This document shows positions 10,979 through 24,977 of a stretch of 64,000 bases of DNA, piece by piece (positions within the stretch are counted from its first letter, which is position 1; every line of letters begins with the position of its first letter). The notes beneath the pieces are model-generated. The model was given only the letters and a program-made list of their open reading frames with translations. It did not search any database and had not been told where the DNA came from. Source of the DNA: Parasitella parasitica NRRL 2501. Taxonomy: Eukaryota > Fungi > Mucoromycota. Position numbers and translations under genes: made by a program. The stretch is from positions 1 through 64,000 of the forward strand of contig MU619389.1 in assembly GCA_025201805.1 (NCBI GenBank). The letters are read 5' to 3'.

Positions 10979-11896
10979 ATGCCACCTAAGCCGGATGTAC
11001 GCCGCTTACTGAAAAAGCAACAGCAAGAACGAAATAAGGTCGCTAAAGTAACACATCCGTTTGCTAAATATGATCCGACAGGACGTCTTGTATGCGTTGT
11101 ATGTAACTCGAACGTAAAGTCAGAGGCTCTTTGGCAAGCGCATTTAGGGTCTCAACTACACCGCGATAATATGCAAAAGTTAAAGGAACTCAAGCAACAG
11201 CAATTAAAACGTCGTGCAACTTCACCGCCGCCGCTGGCATCATCATCATCATCTTCTACGCAGCAATCTGAAAACAAACGGATACGACTCGAGGACGAAC
11301 AAGAGGGACAAGACATCGAAATAAGCGATGATGGCGATTCGAGTGACGAACAAGAGGATGAAGAAATGGACCTACCTGCAGACTTCTTTGACAAACAAGA
11401 AGAGGAAGAAGTATCCAAGGAGACAGAGGATACTCCCACTCAAGATGCGCTCCCGTCTGGATTTTTTGATGATCCTGAAGAGGAAGCACGCGTCCAAGGT
11501 ACGCTTCCACCTGAAGAACAGGCCAAAGCAGACTTGGCAAGAGATGTCGAAATGTTTAACAAGGCTATGATGGATGTTGCTGAAGAGTCTATGCAAGCGC
11601 AAGAGGAAGATGACGAGACGTTTTGGGAAGAGAGACATTTTGACATTACTAGAGAACAGGTCAAATTCGACTCAAGAGTCGAAAAATTAAAACAGTTGAG
11701 ACAGACTGGCCAGACTACCATGGTGGTTGACGAGGAAGAGGATGTGGATAAGGATGACATTAAAGCAGGTCTTAAAACAAGCATAAGACAAGTGCTTAAG
11801 AGCAAGCCTGCAAAACAAGTGGAAACCTTGTTTGACGATGAAGATGAATCTGACGAGGAAGAATCTGATGATGATTGGCGTGCCCAGCAACTTTAA
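10979..11896 (+). CDS. ZNF830/CCDC16-like zinc-finger splicing factor
   Basis: HPFAKY..G.L.C.VC...VKSEALWQAHLGS..H zinc finger, LPADFFD and LPSGFFDDP motifs, acidic C-terminal DWR. Confidence 0.85.
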   Translation: MPPKPDVRRLLKKQQQERNKVAKVTHPFAKYDPTGRLVCVVCNSNVKSEALWQAHLGSQLHRDNMQKLKELKQQQLKRRATSPPPLASSSSSSTQQSENKRIRLEDEQEGQDIEISDDGDSSDEQEDEEMDLPADFFDKQEEEEVSKETEDTPTQDALPSGFFDDPEEEARVQGTLPPEEQAKADLARDVEMFNKAMMDVAEESMQAQEEDDETFWEERHFDITREQVKFDSRVEKLKQLRQTGQTTMVVDEEEDVDKDDIKAGLKTSIRQVLKSKPAKQVETLFDDEDESDEEESDDDWRAQQL

Positions 11897-11972
11897 GCAC
11901 CTACCACACCTACAAAATACCAACTTCATTGTACAAATAAATACTAAATTATTCAACGTTTATTTTATTCAA

Positions 11973-14145
11973 TTAAGACATGTTTAGGGATGATGCACCA
12001 GGCGCTTGATTGAGTACCTCATCAAGACTGACATGACGAGATAACTCATTGAATACCTGTGGTTTTACAGTGTGTTAATAGATTGCTATCAAGGAATGCG
12101 GCAAGAAACTTACAGATTCATCCACTGGTATAATCGATTTACGTCTGAAAGATTGGTATTGAGTAGGTGGAACGTTAAATTGTTGCATATCTGGATGAAT
12201 GTCATCTTTATGTTCTCCTGCTTGTTCAGGAACAGCTGCGTCTGGCCCATCTGCAATATCCAGTCCTTCTAGTTCATTATAGCATTCATCTAAACATATA
12301 TTTTCAAGGTTAGCATATGAATTGCATCAAATTCTATGACATATACCGCTAGGACTTTCAGATATTGCAAAGTCTGAATTCGTATTGTATTCTTCTTCAT
12401 AACCACTGTCCATTTTATACGGAACCTCAGCCGCCTCTTGAGATACGCTCAGTCCTTCTACCTTTTGCTGTAGACGCCTCCAATTGTCCTCTCTTTCTTT
12501 TTGAATTTTGCGCTCCAACTGTCTTTGGTTCTTGTATTCGTTGGCACATTCGTCAAATAAGGCTGCATCAATATCGATGCAAAGCTTCAAAGCAGTATAC
12601 ACTAGACTAAGGATTGTTCTAATGATAGCGGTTAGTTGCCAGCCTTTCACGATCTTTGGAAAAACGACACTTACTTGTTCCAGTGGGTTTTGGATGTCTT
12701 GTACAAAGTGGGGAATATCAAGGGCATTATCACCCTGATATTTTCAGCCATCAAACTGACAATGTAGTCATTATTCCAATAGTACAATGCTCTTTCTGAC
12801 ACTTGAAAGTGGGAACTGGCAACACACTGGCTCAATTTAGTGAAGAGAGGGACCATGATCGTCTGGAATTCAGGCACGTCGACGATATCGAGGATCTCTT
12901 CGATTTCGTTCAAAAACATGACCTCCTTTGAACTATTCACTTTTGGCCAGTATCGGAAAAGCCCGGTAACGACCTGTGGCGAAACACACACGGACATTAG
13001 TCAATGGGATTCGGTACATGACACATTTGCGCGCACACCAACATACCTCAGAGGTTAGACTTCTGTCTTTTTCCAAAAACTGAACCACACAGTACGCCAA
13101 CTGAGGGTGATATAAGGCAAGTGATTTTGCCTTGTGCAGAGGAACTAAAACTCGAGACAAGAACAGCTTGTGCTCTTCCTTCAAGGGCAGAGCAAAGCCA
13201 TTAATGATGCTTCCGAGAATTTCCAGAAATTCAGCAACACCATTGTGTCTTTCAGTCTCATAGATGAATTGAAAAAATATATTGTTGATGGATCGTCGGA
13301 TGAAAGCGCGAAGGTTTAGAAACTTTCCGTATATTCGGTGCAACGTTGTCTTTAAGTAATCGCGTTCTCTAGGATCTTCCGAGTCAAAAAGGTCCAATAA
13401 CTATGAGGCCCCACCCGTTTAGTGAGTGCAAGCAACCACTTAACCAATGTATTGTAAAATGCCTACCTGGTGAATAAACTTGTGGTCGATATGCTTCTTT
13501 GCAAAACTGATGTTGAATTCAGGTGACTCTAGGAACCTCAAAAAGAATTCGTACACGGTTTGTAAATGAGGCCAAGCTAGTTCCAAAACAGGTTCATCCT
13601 CCTCGGGATCGAATGCGTCACCAACAGGGTTAACTTGAGGGGGGATAGGGCGAAACAAATTAATACCAAACTAAGGAGGGGAGGGAGGGAGAGGGGTAAG
13701 TTGTGAATTAATGTGCACATTGCGCATACGCATCATACCATATCGATGATCTCTGGGTAAACATTTTCGGCCAAAACGCCTCTATTCATGGAGATGTGAT
13801 CCAGGATTTCTTGTAAAGTTTGACGTTTAATCTCCTTCTCCCGCAGTTCAGCGGAGGCGTCGCTGAAATCAAACACTACTTTGCACTGTTTGATCTTTTT
13901 GATGAACAGATCAGGATGCATATGGCTGGGGACTTCGCGGAAAGCGGGTGTGGGCTCGAGTTGCACTTTTTCGGTGACATAGAATCTTGAAGACTTTTGC
14001 CTGCGGGGAGCTTTGCTGATTGGGATTTGATCTATGGGGGCGTTCTTTAAACGATGGTGCAAAGGACCTGTCTTGGGAACATCTCTATCTCCAGGTTTGA
14101 CATGAGGATTGTTATGCATGAAAGAAACGTTGTTGTTCAACCGAT

Positions 14146-14186
<41 letters not shown>

Positions 14187-14334
14187 TGTTGTGACTTTAA
14201 TACAATAAGATTAACTCCTTAATTTCGCTTTTGTCAATTACATTTAAACTTACTAGATCCATCAAACTTGAGGAATCCATTATGATATTGGGCTTTGGTG
14301 AGTCTGGAGGCATCGTTGCTGGGTTTTTAATCAT
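11973..14334 (-). CDS. RTS1: PP2A regulatory subunit B' (B56; Rts1/Par1 family), multi-exon
   Basis: Exons encode [62 protein letters not shown] and [14 protein letters not shown]. The start (14334) is inferred; there is a poly-Q tract near the N-terminus. Confidence 0.93.
14151..14191. repeat. (CTG/CAG)n microsatellite encoding poly-Q in B56
   Basis: tgctgctgc... run read as CAG on the minus strand. Confidence 0.85.
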
Positions 14335-14518
14335 GGCTTCACTAGTCTCTGCAGGCGGTGTATATTCTCAGTTTTAATTGTTCTAGTAAGCTACAATGCA
14401 GAAAAGAGTAAGGAAGGTGAACATTTTGGCGCAAAAAGTCAATAAAAAGGAATCGTCAGAAGGGATAGAGCTTGTTTCCATCTCTTGGTCATTTACTATA
14501 TTTTTTTTTGATGGCATA

Positions 14519-14569
14519 TGTGTGTGTATGTGTGTATGTGTGTGTGTATGTGTGTTTGTATGTGTATGT
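14519..14569. repeat. (TG)n-rich microsatellite
   Basis: Imperfect tgtgtgtgtatgtgtg... tract. Confidence 0.8.
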
Positions 14570-14948
14570 CAATTACAGTGATCGCGTTGTGGGCAAATGC
14601 GTGTGGAGTATAAAAAAAACAAGAATGAAAATGCAACTTACATGAGTGATAAATGTCCTGTTTTTTTTTCTCTAAATCATACAAAAAGAACAGATCCTAT
14701 ATAGCCAACAAGCTGCTTAATCGACAAGATAAGGAAAAGAAAAAGAAAGAAGACGAAGGAAAGAAGAAAGGAAAAAAAAACAAGGAGAACGCAAATGTGG
14801 TACCTCATTTTGTTATTTCAATTGATCCAATCACGTCTACAAAGCTTAAATTGACTGCTTGCTTTTGCTTCATTACTACTTTACTCCTCAGCAACAAGTG
14901 CTGTCTTGCAGGTTTCCTCTTTCGATATTGGTCGCGTCGAGCAGAATC

Positions 14949-16395
14949 ATGTCTAGTAAGCCAGTCAGTGTGTATGCAAATTGGTCTTTCGCATGCCTTG
15001 TGCGCTAATCCTCAGTTTTTAGTTGTTGGTTATTGGAGGTATAGCTCTCGATATTACTGCCACTGTCGGCAAGTCATTGACATCATCCATCTTGCATACA
15101 TCAACTCCTGGTCACGTCAAGCAAAGTTTGGGCGGTGTTGGTCGTAATGTAGCCGAGGCTGCTGGGAGAACAGGTGCCAATGTTAAATTGGTATCCGTTG
15201 TTGGCGATGATCTCGCTGGTGAATCCGTAAAACAAGGATTAAAATCACTCTCCATGGTAGTATAAATATGCATTAGTTGTCGCACATATAATTTGACTTT
15301 TATTGTAGAATACAGAATACATTCAGACGCTTTTGAATCAGCCGACAGCTGTATGTAATTACACGAGTAGAGGGAGAAATACCACAGCTCATGTGTTTTA
15401 GGTTTACAATGCGTTACATTCAGAAGACGGACAACTAGTGGCAGCGGTTGCTGATATGAACATTTTCGATCAAATGGACCCGTTGAAGGTAAACTACCTG
15501 ATCTTGAGTAGTGGATCTCTTTGATTTTTAGACATCGATGACTAGGTATCCTCGATAATCCAACATGAAACCCCCAATTTTGTCTGTTTTGATGGCAATA
15601 TCACATCTCAAATGATGAAAACAATTGCGGCCACATGCCAGGCACTTGCTATCCCTGGTAACGTAGACTCTGCTGTGCCATATATTGTAGGGTCTGACTA
15701 GACTGATAAAACATATATAGCCTTATTTGAACCAACATCTGTGCCGAAATCATTGAAACTCTTTGAATTTGCAGAGACAACGATTGCACAGGCTGTCAAG
15801 TACACTTCGCCGAATCAATTTGAGCTTGAAGCCATGTGTGATGCCATTACAGCCAGCCCCGTCTTGTCCAAAACGCTGCAAAAAGGGAGCAAAATAACTG
15901 ACCCTATCCAACTGAAAAGTAAAAGAGCCTTGGAAGCATTACAGTGCTGCAATTTTCTAATCAACATTTACTCGGCACATTTAGATGCGCCAAAGCTAGC
16001 ACATTTGGCCTTGCCAAACGCAATGCTCCTGTCTCAATTTATTCCAAATGTGATCACAAAGCTTGGAGAAGAAGGCTGTTTGTACGTCGCTAAGGACGCC
16101 AGAGTTGAATACTTTGCTCCAGAGTTTATCCAGCGTAATGAAATTGTGAATGTAACAGGTGCTGGCGACTGGTAACGTCGACTTTTATAGAAGCATGATT
16201 TGCTCAAATTACTCACCGCATATATGGCGTAGCTTTGTCGGTACCTTGATAGCCAATTTGCAGAAACATGCCCATGCAGACATGTCTAATGATGTACTGA
16301 AATCCATCATTCGCAACTCGCAGATGGCATCGATACGAACACTGAAATCAAGTAAAGCAGTTGGCGATAGCATTTCCTCCGACTTGCTGTTGTAA
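14949..16395 (+). CDS. PfkB/ribokinase-family kinase, pseudouridine kinase-like; multi-exon
   Basis: LVIGGIALDI, STPGHVKQSLGGVGRNVAEA, FEPTSVPKS, SPNQFEL, TKLGEEG and IVNVTGAGD (anion hole) motifs. The start exon is inferred. Confidence 0.85.
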
Positions 16396-16626
16396 ATAAA
16401 ATTACCCCGCCCCCCTGACAAGAATACCTATGAAGTTTCCCCATCCATTAAAAGCATTGATGGATTGCAGACGGATAAATGTTTATAACTGTGACTGAAT
16501 TAACCATTTCCCCGGGGTTCACTGTTCATCCTTTGGGGGGAAGGGGCTCTCACTATATAAAGAGGGGCAATGGCTGCCAGAACCCCGCGTTTTCTCTTCT
16601 GTTTATCATTTTTTCTTTCCATCAAC

Positions 16627-17716
16627 ATGCTTGCTACTTCTCGTCTCTTCACCTCTGTTGCCGCTAAGCGTGCTTTCTCTACCTCTGCTGCCAACCTCTC
16701 CAAGGTCGCTGTCCTCGGTGCTGCTGGTGGCATTGGCCAACCTTTGTCTTTGCTGCTGAAGGAAAACCCTCATGTCACCCACCTTGCTCTTTACGACATC
16801 GTCAACACTCCTGGCGTCGCCGCTGATATTGGTCACATCAACACCAACTCCAAGGTTACTGGCCATGTTCCCGAACAAGAAGGTTTGAAGGCTGCCCTTG
16901 AAGATGCTCATCTCGTTGTCATCCCTGCTGGTGTCCCCCGTAAGCCTGGAATGACCCGCGATGATTTGTTCAACACCAATGCCTCCATTGTTCGTGATCT
17001 CGCCACTGCTGCTGCCAAGTAAGTACATTCATATATGACAAATTGGGTTAAAGGTAAATGTAAAAGAGATATTGACTTTGTGTCTACATAGGCACTGTCC
17101 TAATGCTCATTTCCTCATCATCTCCAACCCTGTCAACTCCACTGTCCCCATCTTTGCTGAGACTTTAAAGAAGGCTGGCGTCTTCAACCCCAAGCGTCTC
17201 TATGGTGTTACCACCCTTGATGTCGTCCGTGCTTCTCGTTTCGTTGCTGAGGTCAAGAACCTTGACCCCAAGGATGTCAAGGTTACTGTTGTTGGTGGTC
17301 ACTCTGGTGTCACTATCGTCCCTCTCCTCTCTCAAACCGGTCTTAAGTTCACCAAGGAAGAGCTCGATTCTTTGACCCACCGTATCCAATTCGGTGGCGA
17401 TGAAGTTGTCCAAGCCAAGAACGGTACTGGTTCTGCCACCCTTTCCATGGCCTATGCTGGTGCTCGCATGGCCAACTCTGTTTTGGAGGCTACCGTTGCT
17501 GGTAAGAAGGGTATTGTTGAGCCCTCTTTCGTCAAGTCTGATGTCTTTGCCAAGGATGGTGTTGAGTATTTCTCTACCAACATTGAGCTCGGTCCTGAGG
17601 GTGTCGAGAAGATCAACGGTCTCGGTGAGATCTCTGATTACGAAAAGGAGCTTATCTCCAAGGCTGTTCCTGAATTGAAGAAGAACATTGTCAAGGGCAA
17701 CGACTTTGTCCAATAA
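16627..17716 (+). CDS. MDH1: Mitochondrial NAD-dependent malate dehydrogenase; intron ~17019-17091
   Basis: Mitochondrial presequence, [45 protein letters not shown] and VGGHSG motifs; strong codon bias. Confidence 0.97.
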
Positions 17717-19889
17717 ATTGTTTAGTATATATGTATTCATATAATTACCAGCACCATCTATTTCCCTTAACCCCACCCTCGCCCACTCTCAGTAGTGTAA
17801 TATATATAAAATCCAAAAATTATATTTGATTTTCACATCCTTGTATTAAATAAAATTCTCTAAAAATCATAAACCTTGTTGATTTGGGCTATTTGTGAAT
17901 AATATATACAGGTTATACGATATATATCTACTGCATTACACCATTATATTATACGGATGATTGCGGGGTAGATTCAATTAGGATAATCTAATCATATTTT
18001 ACCTTTTTACAACAAAAAACCTTATTCATCTTTTATCTATGGGGGGCACAAATGTGATACAATAGATTATTTTACGTCATATGAAAACTCGAAAGAAGAT
18101 TCTCGTTTAAACCTTGAAAATGCGTATTACTTTCATACAAACATATACTATCTTTATAATTGTTGATTTGCAGCGATCATTTCATGAATAGTAGTCCATA
18201 CTTCTTTATCTGTCTTACTTTCCTTTGGTCTTTATAAAAGAAACTAGATTAGATCGACACGTGTCAACAAGTATCTTGGAAACTTATGTGTCTTTCATCA
18301 TCTCGTTTTCAGATGATCCAAATACCAAAGCAAATCTTTGTTTCTAAAGTGTAAATAACTGATCTTGACCAACAAAGTTTGTTTTCAACAACAAAGTTGC
18401 TAAAACGCGGTTTTTTGGTAGAAGCAATGTAGTTTTCCAATTCTATTTATGTTGGTTTACTTTAAGTANNNNNNNNNNNNNNNNNNNNNNNNNNNNNNNN
18501 NNNNNNNNNNNNNNNNNNNNNNNNNNNNNNNNNNNNNNNNNNNNNNNNNNNNNNNNNNNNNNNNNNNNNNNNNNNNNNNNNNNNNNNNNNNNNNNNNNNN
18601 NNNNNNNNNNNNNNNNNNNNNNNNNNNNNNNNNNNNNNNNNNNNNNNNNNNNNNNNNNNNNNNNNNNNNNNNNNNNNNNNNNNNNNNNNNNNNNNNNNNN
18701 NNNNNNNNNNNNNNNNNNNNNNNNNNNNNNNNNNNNNNNNNNNNNNNNNNNNNNNNNNNNNNNNNNNNNNNNNNNNNNNNNNNNNNNNNNNNNNNNNNNN
18801 NNNNNNNNNNNNNNNNNNNNNNNNNNNNNNNNNNNNNNNNNNNNNNNNNNNNNNNNNNNNNNNNNNNNNNNNNNNNNNNNNNNNNNNNNNNNNNNNNNNN
18901 NNNNNNNNNNNNNNNNNNNNNNNNNNNNNNNNNNNNNNNNNNNNTATTTTATTATTTGAATTCCTAACTATACATGAAAAAAAAAAAAAAAAAAAAAAGT
19001 GTGTGAGAAGATATTAATCTTTTCTTTGCATAATCCTGATGAGCATTCGTGCGCCACACCTTCGCACACACACACCTATACAATCAACTTACCCTCCTCT
19101 GGATGGGAAGTAATGCTCTCCCATTTCCTCATCCAAATGTTGCGTTGGTATATTTAGCAAGGCAGTTAATTTATTGATTTGCTCTTTCGTTGGTTTGGCC
19201 TAGATTTCTTTTGTTTTAATATGTATGCGATATGAAAAATGTTCATTGGCCTTATGGTACCTGTCCATAAAATATACTTGCTGCATACACTTCATCAACG
19301 CCTAGTTCCTGTCCAATTTTCTCAAAGCTGTGCGTGTTGCATGAGTAACAAGGCACATCCCTGAGCCTGATTTGTATTTTACCTCAACTTTCTAGAAGCT
19401 TTCGCTTGAAACATACGAGACTGTACCGAAGAAAGTTTAGGTTCCTGCTGTGCTTGATTAGTATATAATCTATGCGTGGCATCAACGCGTCTGTCCTTAC
19501 ACTCATGATGAGATAAATAACTATAAGTGTAGGAAAGATTGGGAAAAATCAAGCGAATAATTCATGGCATGAACATACTTTATAAATGTGGAATTATTGG
19601 AAAGCCGCCAACCTTTACGTTTGAATAGATGACGTTATGTACAGGCGAAACTTTCAATTATAAATGTAGCAAGCACAAATAAGTATGTAACATAATATAT
19701 ACTGAATATGCGACTGTATAACAGACGATCCATAGTTTTATTTTATATACATGTTAAATAGTTTGATTAATTAGGCATGAGAAAGTAGAAAGGAAAAAGA
19801 TTGGAGGTTATGCATGTACAGATAACAACCAACTAACATTTATGACTAGTAGAGAGCAGGTCAATTAAGTCGAGTAATTGTGCATCCAG

Positions 19890-21740
19890 CTACTCTTTGT
19901 AAATGCCAGCTTCTTCATCACGCTTAATCTGCTCCTTGTCGACGACGTATTTATCCTTATAAGCCAACACCATACCCTTATTGAAAATCTCATCCATTTC
20001 TTCCAAGGAGCGGCCTCTTGTTTCAGGTAAAAATACAAATGCAAAAAGACCCATGACAACAGCCATGGAGCCAAAGAAGAAATAGGTGCCATAAGTAATC
20101 TTGGCAATCATGATTGGGGTGACTTTGGCGATTGTTGCGTTCATAGCCCAATTGAAGGCAGTGGTGAGTGAAAGAGCCATAGCGCGGATACGGGTAGGGT
20201 AAATTTCAGAACAGACAACCCAAACGATTGGGCCCCAAGAGAATTCATATCTACATTATCAGAACGTTATAAATCAATGATAGAGGACTCATTCCTTTGT
20301 TTCTTACCCGACAGCAAAGATATAGATACAAACCATGGCAACATAACCCTTGGCACCTACTTGGGTTCCTGCGGCAGCAGAGATCACGCCTTTATTTTCT
20401 CTTTCAATGCCTAAAATCATACCACCACAGATATAGAAAGCAACCATCATAATAACCGATCCAATCATCAATGTGCGTCTACGTCCCAACTTGGTATCAA
20501 CCATGAAGAAGGAAACAAAGACAAACGCGACTTTGACGACACCTAGATAGCGGAATAGGTAAGTAGTTCACAATATATGTAATTTGCATGTTCGCTTACC
20601 ATATACACCAGTTGCAAGAATCTCAGTTTCGTTACTATCAAGGCCAGTTGATTTGAAGATTTCAGGTGCGTAATAGTTCTACAGTATATAAAAGTTGAAT
20701 ATCTAATCGCATTGTGTCCCCTTGGTTTACACTTACAATTGCATTAGTGCCAGTCCATTGCTGGAAAATTTGAAGCATGATACCGATGAATAGTCTATGC
20801 AGATTGTTACGTTGGAACAATTCAGTCCATTTTCCTAACTTGGACTCTCTCTCAAATGCAGCAGCAGCATTGATTTCCTCAAGTTCTTCAATAATTTCGG
20901 GGTGATCTTCAGGAAGATCTCGAAGCTTGAGTAAATTTCTCTTAACATCTTCGTCGCGGCCTTTAAGAGCCAGCCATCTCAAAGACTCTGGCAAAAAGGC
21001 CATTCCAATGAAAAGGATCCCACCAGGAGCAAGCTGAATGCCAAGAGGAACACGCCATTGAGTATTACTTACTGGAAGGTTGCGCAAACAAGCATAATCG
21101 ATCCAGTAAGATATCATAATACCCAATACAATCAAGAATTGCCAGAGTGTACCTAATCGACCTCTCAACTTGCGAGGAGCAATTTCTGCAATGTACATTG
21201 GAACTAACATGGAACAAGCACCGATACCAACTGTCATTTATGAGTTAATATTTTTTGTTGACTCAAATATAGACAGCTTGGAATACATACAACCACCGAA
21301 GAAACGACCTGCCATCATCGTAGGAAGGTTTTGAGCAACAACTTGCAAGATTGAACCAATGATAAAGATGAATGAACTGAGGACAATAGACCATTTACGC
21401 CCATAAGGATCTATGATTACATAAGTTGAATGGTTAAAATTTTCAGGGACACGATAGGGATCCTACCAGCCACAAAATTGATTAACAAGGCGCCAGCACA
21501 ACAACCAGCTTGCAGTATAGAAACAACATCACCCTTCATAGTAGCAATAGTAGCTGCGTCTCCTTGTATGCCAAAATAAGCTGGAAAAGTCGGCATTGCA
21601 AGAACACCAGAAATGACACCTATTTTTGGATCAGTAACGTGAAACGACTATTGATCTCCGGTAATATTACCAATATCATAACCGAACAAGAAGCCACCGA
21701 TGCATGAAATGGTTGTAGCAATGAGTGAAAGATGCTTCAT
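19890..21740 (-). CDS. MFS sugar porter (hexose/monosaccharide transporter), multi-exon
   Basis: GGFLFGYDIG, GRK/GRR loops, VPMYIAEIAPRKLRG, LPESLRWL, LQIFQQWTGTNAI, SWGPIVWV.CSEI.PTRIR and LPETRGRSLEEMD motifs. Confidence 0.93.
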
Positions 21741-22939
21741 TAGAATTATTTATGCTTTTTATTGTTAGAATAGATCGAATGAAGAATTATTTGCACAAGT
21801 ACTGGAAAAAGGCACAAAAAAAAAGGGGGGGCGAAAGGGAGCCTTCTTTTTATACAATTTCATTTTCTTTTTTTTGGGCTATGCACAAGTAGCCCCGCAT
21901 GAATTGGTAAAAACTTAATATGGATAGCATCGTAGCGCTTATATTGTACAAACAAGTGTCATATGAAGTGCAAGTACAGGCGTATTTTATTATTTAAATA
22001 TTCTCCTAAGGCTGTGTGCTCCCTGAAGCCAAAATTCCGAAATGACAGTGCCTCCACACCTTTGACTGTACTTGGTACAGAATTAAAAATGTGCAAGAAC
22101 ATAAAATAATAATAAAAAAAGAGCATTGTTTAATATGATTACATGTATTTATAGCAAATCTGCATGCCCATATATGGCCAGTAAGTCTATTGGTACTTGT
22201 AACAAATCTCTCAAGTCTGCATCATATTATCCATAGAACAGCGCTGCTCGTTACTATAAGGCTTTCCAACCAAAGACTACTTAGTGATACAAGAACATAC
22301 AATCCAGTGTTTTTTATTCAATATCAAGTGTTCCACAAACAATCATTCTTTGGTTTTCCCACCAAATGTCTTGTGAGAAAACTTGAAATATTGGTAATTG
22401 CAGAAGTTGTCGCAAGTGTATACCAACTAACTGCAATGGGGTGAAAGACAATCATATATGTAAATCTCTTCGTTCTGGAAGAAAAAAAAAGGTCATATAA
22501 AAGCATATATGTATATCAAGTGTCAAGGTTTTTTTTTGTTATGTGTTACTCTGCAGATATTTCGATTTCACTATAAAAACAATAAAGTTTTCCTGATCCA
22601 AACTATCAGATGCCATACATCACGGTTCGTGTGTAAAAGGAAACAAACTGATCTCGTAAATGTGGCATGAGGGCATGTTAAGAACCAGAAAATTGTCCTT
22701 CGGCGAAATACAACCAAAAAAAAAAGGTCCTATAAGTAGACACGCACAAATCGACTGAAAAAGCAACTATTGTCTGTTACGGTGCCTCCAATGCCAATGA
22801 AAACATTTTGCGCTTTTGAACTTCTCAATTGGTGCTTTTGATAGAGCCCAATCTGCGCATTTGACTAGCTCAAGTTGCACTTTTGCGTTTTTTTGGCAAT
22901 CTCAAACTAGGGCTCTTTTCTATTTTCTGTCTCACATAG

Positions 22940-23285
22940 CAAATAATGATCTTTAGATTTTTCACCGAAGACAGGTTCGGTAGCGACACTATGAGTTGGG
23001 ATGAAAAAGACAACAGTCCATACAGAACAGAAAATCTTCACTGAAGCAATGGCGTGCACGTCAGTCGATGTTAGAACCAACTATTAATGGTCTGATGAAA
23101 GTAGATGTTGTTATGCCAGAATTGGAAACAGCATCTCACGATCAAAAGAAGGAGTTTGTAGAAAAGTGGTCTCAAACAGACATGGATTATATGAGAAACT
23201 GCATATTTGTCGATGAATCTGCATATGATATATCAATATGAAGCGAACAACAGCAAGATCTACGAAAAGGATTCCGGCCTATATG
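22940..23285 (+). mobile_element. Decayed Tc1/mariner (IS630-like DDE) transposase fragment
   Basis: EFVEKWSQTDMDYMRNCIFVDESAYDI..NMKRT.ARS contains the first catalytic-Asp motif; frameshifted and truncated. Confidence 0.65.
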
Positions 23286-23800
23286 ATCTGCAACCTTTTT
23301 CTCATAACGCTTCGACGACTGTAATAAAACCAACTTTGAGTTTTTTATCCTCGATCAGCTGCTGTGATCTTCTTTAAAAACTCATTTTCGGTAAATCTGC
23401 GAGTGTTACATGATATATGTGTATCTATAAGGCTGAGAGATACAGTTTCTTCACGATGACCCATGGAACTGCTGCCGTCATAAACGGAAGCTTGATATTT
23501 TGGACATTCATTGTTATATTGAGATTTACGCAAGATTGGGCAAGCTAGCAAGGTAATGCTCCTTGAAATTAGCATGGTTTTATCATAAAAATAAAAATAA
23601 AAAAAGGCTTCACAGGGAGGGAGAATAATAAAGAATGACTACAGGGTTTTGTGATGAACAAATGTAATTTACTATTACTAAAATCCAGTTTTCGACATGC
23701 TCGATAAACTCATAGATGATTTCGATTTAGTTGTGGCTTGCTTGATTTGTGAGTAATGCGTATAAGGTTATGGGATGACATGGTGTTATGGGGCAAATCT

Positions 23801-24850
23801 TCATTTATTGGGAACTGGGCGATTGATGATACAGGCGGCTTGATCAACAATGGAGCTCAATTTTTTCATTGCACAAATAGCTGGTAATAATGAGGACATT
23901 GCATACCGATCTCTGGGCACATTTACTTCTCTGAGAAGAACCATTCTATAAACAAAATCATATACATGATCTATTACGTATACGTTGCAGACAGAACCTT
24001 TCATGAGAAAGCCCACCACAGCTACATCTTTGTATCCTAATGTGCTTATCTGTTGTAACGAATCCTTGAGCAACTTGGCAAGCTTGATAAAATCACCGGA
24101 CACACTGCGACCACACCTCTATGGCCAGAAGAAGGTGTTTCTCTTGGTTCAAGATTACACTGAAATCGGGACGCTTGTGATGGTTCACGAGAGAGGGGTC
24201 CATAATGGTGAATCTGGTAAATGAGGAAGAGCTCATATTGTATGCACCTAGGCACTTTATAATGAGAGAGTTTTTGAACTAGGCATCAATCATAATATAT
24301 TAATAGTATCGTCTGCAAGTGTTGCCTCGCTAATTGGATGACTAGAGTAATCCATACAATAGATTCCCGCAAATTAAGATGGCATGTATTCAAGTTGTTC
24401 AAATTTTTTCTGCTGCTGCACATCGTCCAAGATACTATCAACATGATTATAAATCACCTTTCTCTGCTGCGTTTGATAAGCAAACTTCTGACATTAGAGC
24501 GACTCTGCATCATCGGATATGGCAACTTTATTAATGTATGAGTCAGTGGAGGCATCAGTGAAAGAATCTGTCTGGCTTTCATGCTTTTGACTTGAGGAAG
24601 CTGCTAAATCATCCAAAAGCTTTTGCAAACGCTTCCAAACTAAGATTTTTTGTATTGAAAAGACGCCTTGCAGTATCTGTAGGCCTGGGCTACGAGCCGA
24701 GCGACGATTAGTATATTCTTGTACGTAGTATGAAGTGTCTAAAAAGATATAAAAAGAGGGTGGCCCTTTACATTTTTCCATGTAGAAAGTTCAAAATCAC
24801 CTTCTATGGATTTAACAATGTTTTGTATCCTCTGTTGCCGATTTCATGAT
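23801..24850 (-). pseudogene. Disrupted PD-(D/E)xK restriction-endonuclease-fold gene (Crinkler-REase-like family)
   Basis: KRPDFSV..LLAIEVW, then a frameshift into DFIKLAKLLKDSL..VVGFLMKG..C.VYVIDH.YD..YRM..L.EV.VP. Several stops and frameshifts lie upstream. Confidence 0.55.
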
Positions 24851-24977
24851 ATATATTTGGAATGCCATAGCTGCCAAGTATACTATTACTAGAAGCAGAT
24901 CACCGTTTTAATATAAGCGTATATTTTTTTTTTTTCAAGATATGTACAAAATGAAATATTTAGAAAAGGGTAGATTA

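Noticed and set aside
16490-16497. TGTGACTG (Homol-D-like box) upstream of MDH
   Set aside because: A single 8-mer with no supporting conservation data.
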